Below, one piece after another: positions 58,466-64,000 of a stretch of DNA of 64,000 nt (positions are counted from its first letter, which is position 1; each line of letters starts with the position of its first letter). Position numbers and translations under genes: made by a program. The stretch is from NCBI GenBank assembly GCA_050613775.1, contig JBODTK010000101.1, positions 496,001 to 560,000 of the forward strand, read 5' to 3'. The stretch comes from Neocallimastix sp. 'constans'. Taxonomy: Eukaryota. The notes beneath the pieces are model-generated. The model worked only from the letters and a program-made list of their open reading frames with translations. It was not told the origin of the DNA and did not search any database.

Positions 58466-60394
58466 AGAAATAATCAATTTACGTTTGATATTACATAATT
58501 ATTAAAGAATTTCCAAGAAATTAAAGTAAACTAATAGCTCTAAAAAAAAAAAGTTAATGATTAAAGAAATAAGAATATTAAATTTTAAAATTTTAAATTG
58601 TTTTGTTATTTGTTTTAATTAGTTTTAAATAAAAACATAATTCATATATTATTAAAAACTTTGACAACTTATCCAAAAAATCTATCTAATTACTTATTTA
58701 CATATAATTTAATTATAATTTTTAATCGTTGGTTTTATTTAAAATTTCATTCATATATATATATATATATATATGAAATTATCATTATTTTATAATATAT
58801 ATTAATAAATAAATACATAAAATTTAATGATATAAATAAATAAATAAATAAATAAATAAATATAATATTTTTTTCGATGTATATAATAAATAAATAAACT
58901 AATAATTATAATTTTAATAATTATTAAAGTAATCTCTAAAAATCAATTATTTGATTGAATAAAAAAAAATATAAATTAGATTTATAATTAACGATTAAAA
59001 TTATCATAATTATAAAAAAAATAAATAAAAAAACTATAAAATAATATATATAATATATCAGAGATAAAAAAAAAAAAAAAAGAAAGAAATAAACTATAAA
59101 ATAATATATCATAGATAAAATAAAAAAAAAAAAACAAAGATTAACCATACAAAATACAGATAAAACTTCAGCAAAATAATATATATATATTTTAATAATT
59201 ATTATTTATTCATAATAATTATACAAAAAAAAAAAAAAAAAAACAAATTTTACAAATATATATTAAATATATAATTATAAAATTGGTTTTTTATCATTTG
59301 ACTAGTATTTATCAAATATCAAATTTTCAGTATTAATAGGCTATATAATTTATTAATTAATAAATTAAGATAATTAATTAGTTTTTTTTTTTTTTTTTTT
59401 AATAATAATTATTTATTATTTATATAAATTAATTATTTTTTACTATTTCATATAATTTTATATAGTTTAAAATTCAGGTAATCATTTATATGTATATTTT
59501 TTTTTTTATTTTTATTTTAATTTTATGTATTAATTTATATTTTGTGATATATTACAGTAATAAAATATATTATTTTATATAATATTTAAAATATTTATTT
59601 AAAGTAATTAATATTTTCAATATAATAAAATATATTCTAATATATAATAAGACTATTTATTAAATGATATTTTTATAAGAACTCCAATCTTAATTGAAGA
59701 AAATCTTAAAATAAGTAAATTTAATTATGAAATATAATAAAAATATATTAATTAAATTAAGCATTTAAAATTTATATATTATTACATTATACTAAAATAT
59801 ATTAAAAATCATTAAAATATATATTAATAAATAAATTTAAAATATTAATTTATTATTAAATTTTTTTTGATAAAAACTTTTATAATAAAATAAAATAAAA
59901 AAGAAAAAAAGAAAAAAAGATCGAGAAAAAAATATTATAAAAATATTTATAATGAGCAAATAAAATAATATATAATATATGAAATATTTAAAAAAATATA
60001 TATATAAATATAATTAATTAATGATAATTATAATTTTTTAATATTAAATTTTAATAAAAATATATATAATTATATTTATATTTATAATTTTAATTTTATT
60101 TCTTGTCAATACTTATTTTATTCCTTTGATATTTTAAAATTTCCTGAAGTATATATAAAAGGAACAAAAGTAATAAATCAATAATTTTTACTTTTTCCTA
60201 AAAAAAAATAAAAAAAAATTTACAGAAAGTATTTAAAATATTAATTTAATATTATTTATTTTTTTTTGTCTAAAATATTAGTTTAATATTATTTATTTTT
60301 TTTTGTCAAGACTCATATTTAATTTAGAAAATAGAAATAGAAAAAGGAAATTTTAATAGAAATAGTTATATACCAATATAAAAATAATTTAAAA

Positions 60395-60659
60395 ATGAGT
60401 TTTAAATTGAAGATATTCCTTTTAGGAATAATATCAATAGTATATGCTGCAAATTTTGCAGTAGTTTCCTTTGATGGAGCTTGTGAATTAAATGTTGGTG
60501 GTACCTCTTATCCAATGAAGCAAGAAGATCCAGCTGTTCCTCTATACAAAGCAACAGCTGATGTTGCAAAAGATACATCGTAAGTTCAATTTAAATTTTA
60601 ACGAAGTTTTTCATAATGAAAGAAATTTTTTATTACATTTCAATATAACTTTTAAACTC

Positions 60660-60692
<33 letters not shown>

Positions 60693-62637
60693 ACGAGTAA
60701 AAATATTCAAATATTTTTTAAAAAAAAAAAAAAAAAAAAACGAGTAAAAATATTCAAATATTTTTTTAAAAAAAAAAAAAAAAAAAAAAGAGTAAAAATA
60801 TTCAAATATTTTTGTAAGTAATTTAATTAATGCATAATATTTTTCCTCCTTTATATATATATAATTATATTAGCTATAAATATGTTTGTGGAGGAAAGGA
60901 AGATGTTGATCGTAAACTTACAGGTGATAATACTCATAATGAATTAGTAGGTCGTTCATTAACTATGTATGATATGCCAGAATTTGGATATCCTAATGCT
61001 GAACCATGGACTAGATCTATTGGCAGAACTGAACTTTTTGATCCTAAATATGTTCCAATTATTATCATTGATTCTGATAAACAATTTTTCACTGGTAGAA
61101 ATAGTGGTGTTTCTGCTTTTAATAAGATTACTTTTATTTTACAAGATAGCGTTTTAACTTTTGATGTAAATATTCACATTAAAATACAAATTATATACAA
61201 TTACTCAGAATCATTATATATATATATATATTAATATTATATTTTGGACTTTTAAATAATTAAAAATCATTATATAAATTTATTAATATAATATTTTTTA
61301 CTTTAAAATATATATATATGCAAATATTTTAGAATATTCCTGTTGGGGGTAAGAATTATGATGAAAATAAGTTCCAATTCAAAATTACTTTACCAGGAGA
61401 AGGTATCTTTCACAGAACTTCATTAAAATTTAGACCAAGTTCATACGATCCAGTTTTCTTCCGTCAAATTTTATTCGGTGATATTGCTCATGCTATTGGT
61501 AATCCAGCTCACGAGTCTGTTGCTGTACGTGTTTACTTAAGTGATGGTACAGGTATTGGTCTTTATGTGTTACAAGAAGATTGTACTTCTGAAAGTTTCA
61601 TTAAAACTGCCTTCTTTGGTGATGAAAAAACTCAAAGTATCAAGGAATACACTCCAAATGTTATCTATGATTGTGCTACTGGTGCAGATTTTACTGCAAA
61701 GGATGGTAAATTCTTAGGTGCTTTTAAAAATAATACAGAGGATTTAAAGATTGAATTATTAGCTATGACTGAAAAGTTGGAAAGTTTAGATATTACTAAT
61801 GTCGAGGCCGTTAAAGATTTTGATGATAATGACTTAGATTTAGATACCTTATTCAGAGCTCTTGCTCTTGAATACCTTGGTGGTCATTGGGATTCCTATT
61901 GGTTCTTGAGTACTAACTTTGTTACCTATCATCCAAACGATGATGATGGTAAATATAAATTCTATTTCATTGATCAAGATTTTGATCAAACTTGGGGTGT
62001 TGGTATGTATCCTGGTTTAGATCCACAAAACTATCCAACAAAACCATACACATCCTACCTCAATATTAATTGGAAACAATTAAATCAAAATGAATTTGAT
62101 ACGGAGACTCGTGTTATTGTTGATAAATTAATTGGTTGTGGAGGTGTTGCTGAAACCTGTACTACAAAGCAATTATTTGAAGATCATTTAAAATCTATTG
62201 TTCAACATATTTTCAACCCAGTTGCTATGAAAAGAAAGACAGATGGTTACAAAGACCGTTTAACTGAAGAAATGCAATGGGATTTAAGTTTAACACGTTT
62301 ATACATTGCATTAAATTCACAATATCAATTTACTATGGATGATTTTATCAATAATATTAATACTGGTCAATATTTAGGAAGTAAGTTTTTCTGGGGTATT
62401 TTAGATTGGACTGAAACCATTTGTAACACTGTTTGTACACAATTTGGTATTACTTATGATAAAACAGCTTATACACCTGAAACGGCTGCTGCTGTTAAAG
62501 AAGAGACCAAACCTATTGATCCAGGAACCACTTATGATCCAGAAGCTAATCTTAACAGTGGTTCAGTTATGCCAATTGCAAATGCAGCTTTAACAATAAT
62601 AGCTATTATTATCAGTCTTTCAGTAATTTTTAATTAA
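60395..62637 (+). CDS. cotH: CotH-family kinase, secreted and probably GPI-anchored, 3 exons, 593 aa
   Basis: Exons 60395-60579, 60874-61165 and 61333-62637 join in frame. Signal peptide MSFKLKIFLLGIISIVYA. CotH motifs LKFRPSSYDPVFFRQ, VRVY...GLYVLQE, LALEYLGGHWDSYW..STNF and FIDQDFDQTWG. C-terminal NSGS plus hydrophobic tail. Confidence 0.92.
60673..60812. repeat. Three tandem copies of polyA-(C)GAGTAAAAATATTCAAATATTTTT in CotH intron 1
   Basis: Directly visible. Confidence 0.85.
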
Positions 62638-63339
62638 TAAGAAAAAGAATGAAGATTAATATGAATTCATAAAGTATATTTAACCGAAAAAAAAAAATAA
62701 AAATAATAAAAAAAAAATACATATATATAATATATATTATATTAATATTGGAATGAAAATACATGAATATCGTTACTATCGATAATATCATATAATAAAT
62801 AAAATATAAAAAAAAAAAAAAAAAATGAAAAAAAACAAAAAAATCTATAAAAATATAGAAAATATCAAATATTTCCGAATATATAATATAATATAATTAT
62901 TTTTTCATCAAATAATATTATTTATTAAAACATAAAAATATAAAACATGTAAATAAAAAATAAATAAAATAAAAATAAAAAAAAAAAAAAATTATATTTA
63001 TAAAATAATTATTATTTATTAAAAGTAATACATTAATAAAAGTTATATAGTATATAAATGAATAAATAATATATATTATATAATTTTTTTTATTATAAAA
63101 ATTATATAATATATATATTTATTCATTTATAAAGTAATTTATAGGAAAAAAGTTTTTTATAAATTTTAATTTGATTACTATGTAGATAATTAAAGATTTT
63201 ATATATAAATAATTAAATAATTTATTAATATTTATTTTTTTTTTTAATTAAAATAAACAAATAAAAAAAAAAAAAAAAAAAAAAAAATAAAACTATAATT
63301 TAAAATTTATTTATTAAATATTAAAATATTTTAGTTAAA

Positions 63340-64000
63340 GTCTAAGATTTTTTAAAATACTGAGTAAGAATTTAAAAGGTGTAAAAATGATCAATTAATT
63401 ATTTAAATACCTACTTTTGTCACATTACTCATGGACTAAAGAATCAAGGACTTTGGATAAGAAATTAAATGGTAAAAAATCAAGTGAAATAAAAAAGGTT
63501 TATTGGGAAAGAGATGTCTTCAAATTCTCAAAAGCTAAAAAAGCAATTATTTACAAGAATAATGATTTTGGATTTATTTCAGAAATAAAAGACTTAACAT
63601 TTCAATATACTAAGTATCAATTGGGATTCTTTTGGATTTCTCGAATTAGGTTTGGTTTTAAATTTGACATTAGTATTTCCATTAAATGAAAAATAGTCTC
63701 AGAAGATTGCCCTAAATGTTGCCCATGTTGTGGTGTTAGTATAGCTAACTTTTCTCACTGGATCTTTGCCTGTAAAGAATTGGAAAATTACAGAAATAAA
63801 TCTTTATGAAGTTTGCAATGATAATTGAACAAAAATCCTTGAATGTTTCTTTAGATTCAGAAAAGGATTATGATAATAATATTTATTACTTTATATTGAG
63901 TGCTTTTCTTGGCAGGCGTTCAATATATGAAAAAATTAAACATATTGATGGGGAACAAAGACAATTAGTTGTCAATATTTTTAAACAAAGTTCAACTTCG
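63340..64000 (+). mobile_element. Decayed non-LTR retrotransposon (LINE) ORF2 C-terminal fragment
   Basis: YQLGFFWISRIRFG is followed, after a stop, by CPKCCPCCGVSIANFSHWIFAC (C-x2-C-x8-H-x4-C knuckle typical of LINE ORF2 C-termini). Stops and frameshifts are present. Confidence 0.7.

Overview
Extremely AT-rich, intron-rich eukaryotic DNA. Gene content (Zn2Cys6 fungal transcription factors, CotH kinase, chromovirus, intronless bacterial-type enzyme) and composition point to an anaerobic gut fungus (Neocallimastigomycota); this assignment is inferred. Five kinds of intact gene were reconstructed by hand from GT-AG splice sites: (1) a 9-exon ING-family PHD gene with an 8-nt microexon; (2) a 3-exon gene with two tandem FCP1/SCP-like HAD domains, the first lacking its catalytic motifs; (3) three tandem 5-exon Zn2Cys6 transcription-factor paralogues on the minus strand; (4) an intronless aldo-keto reductase transcribed divergently from that cluster; (5) a 3-exon, probably GPI-anchored CotH kinase. 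The 3' end of a Sel1-like gene sits at the left edge. Mobile DNA comprises a young 2.9-kb non-autonomous LTR element (tRNA-Ala-type PBS) whose only ORF resembles a catalytically dead retropepsin, an 8.6-kb Ty1/copia element whose PBS matches a tRNA-Lys(CUU) anticodon arm (half-tRNA priming) and which carries a nested chromovirus fragment, a LINE 3' remnant, and older decayed relics. A Stealth-family pseudogene lies between two diverged inverted repeats at 3.8-6.4 kb. Most short ORFs in the supplied track are low-complexity artefacts. All family assignments come from motif recognition, not database searches.
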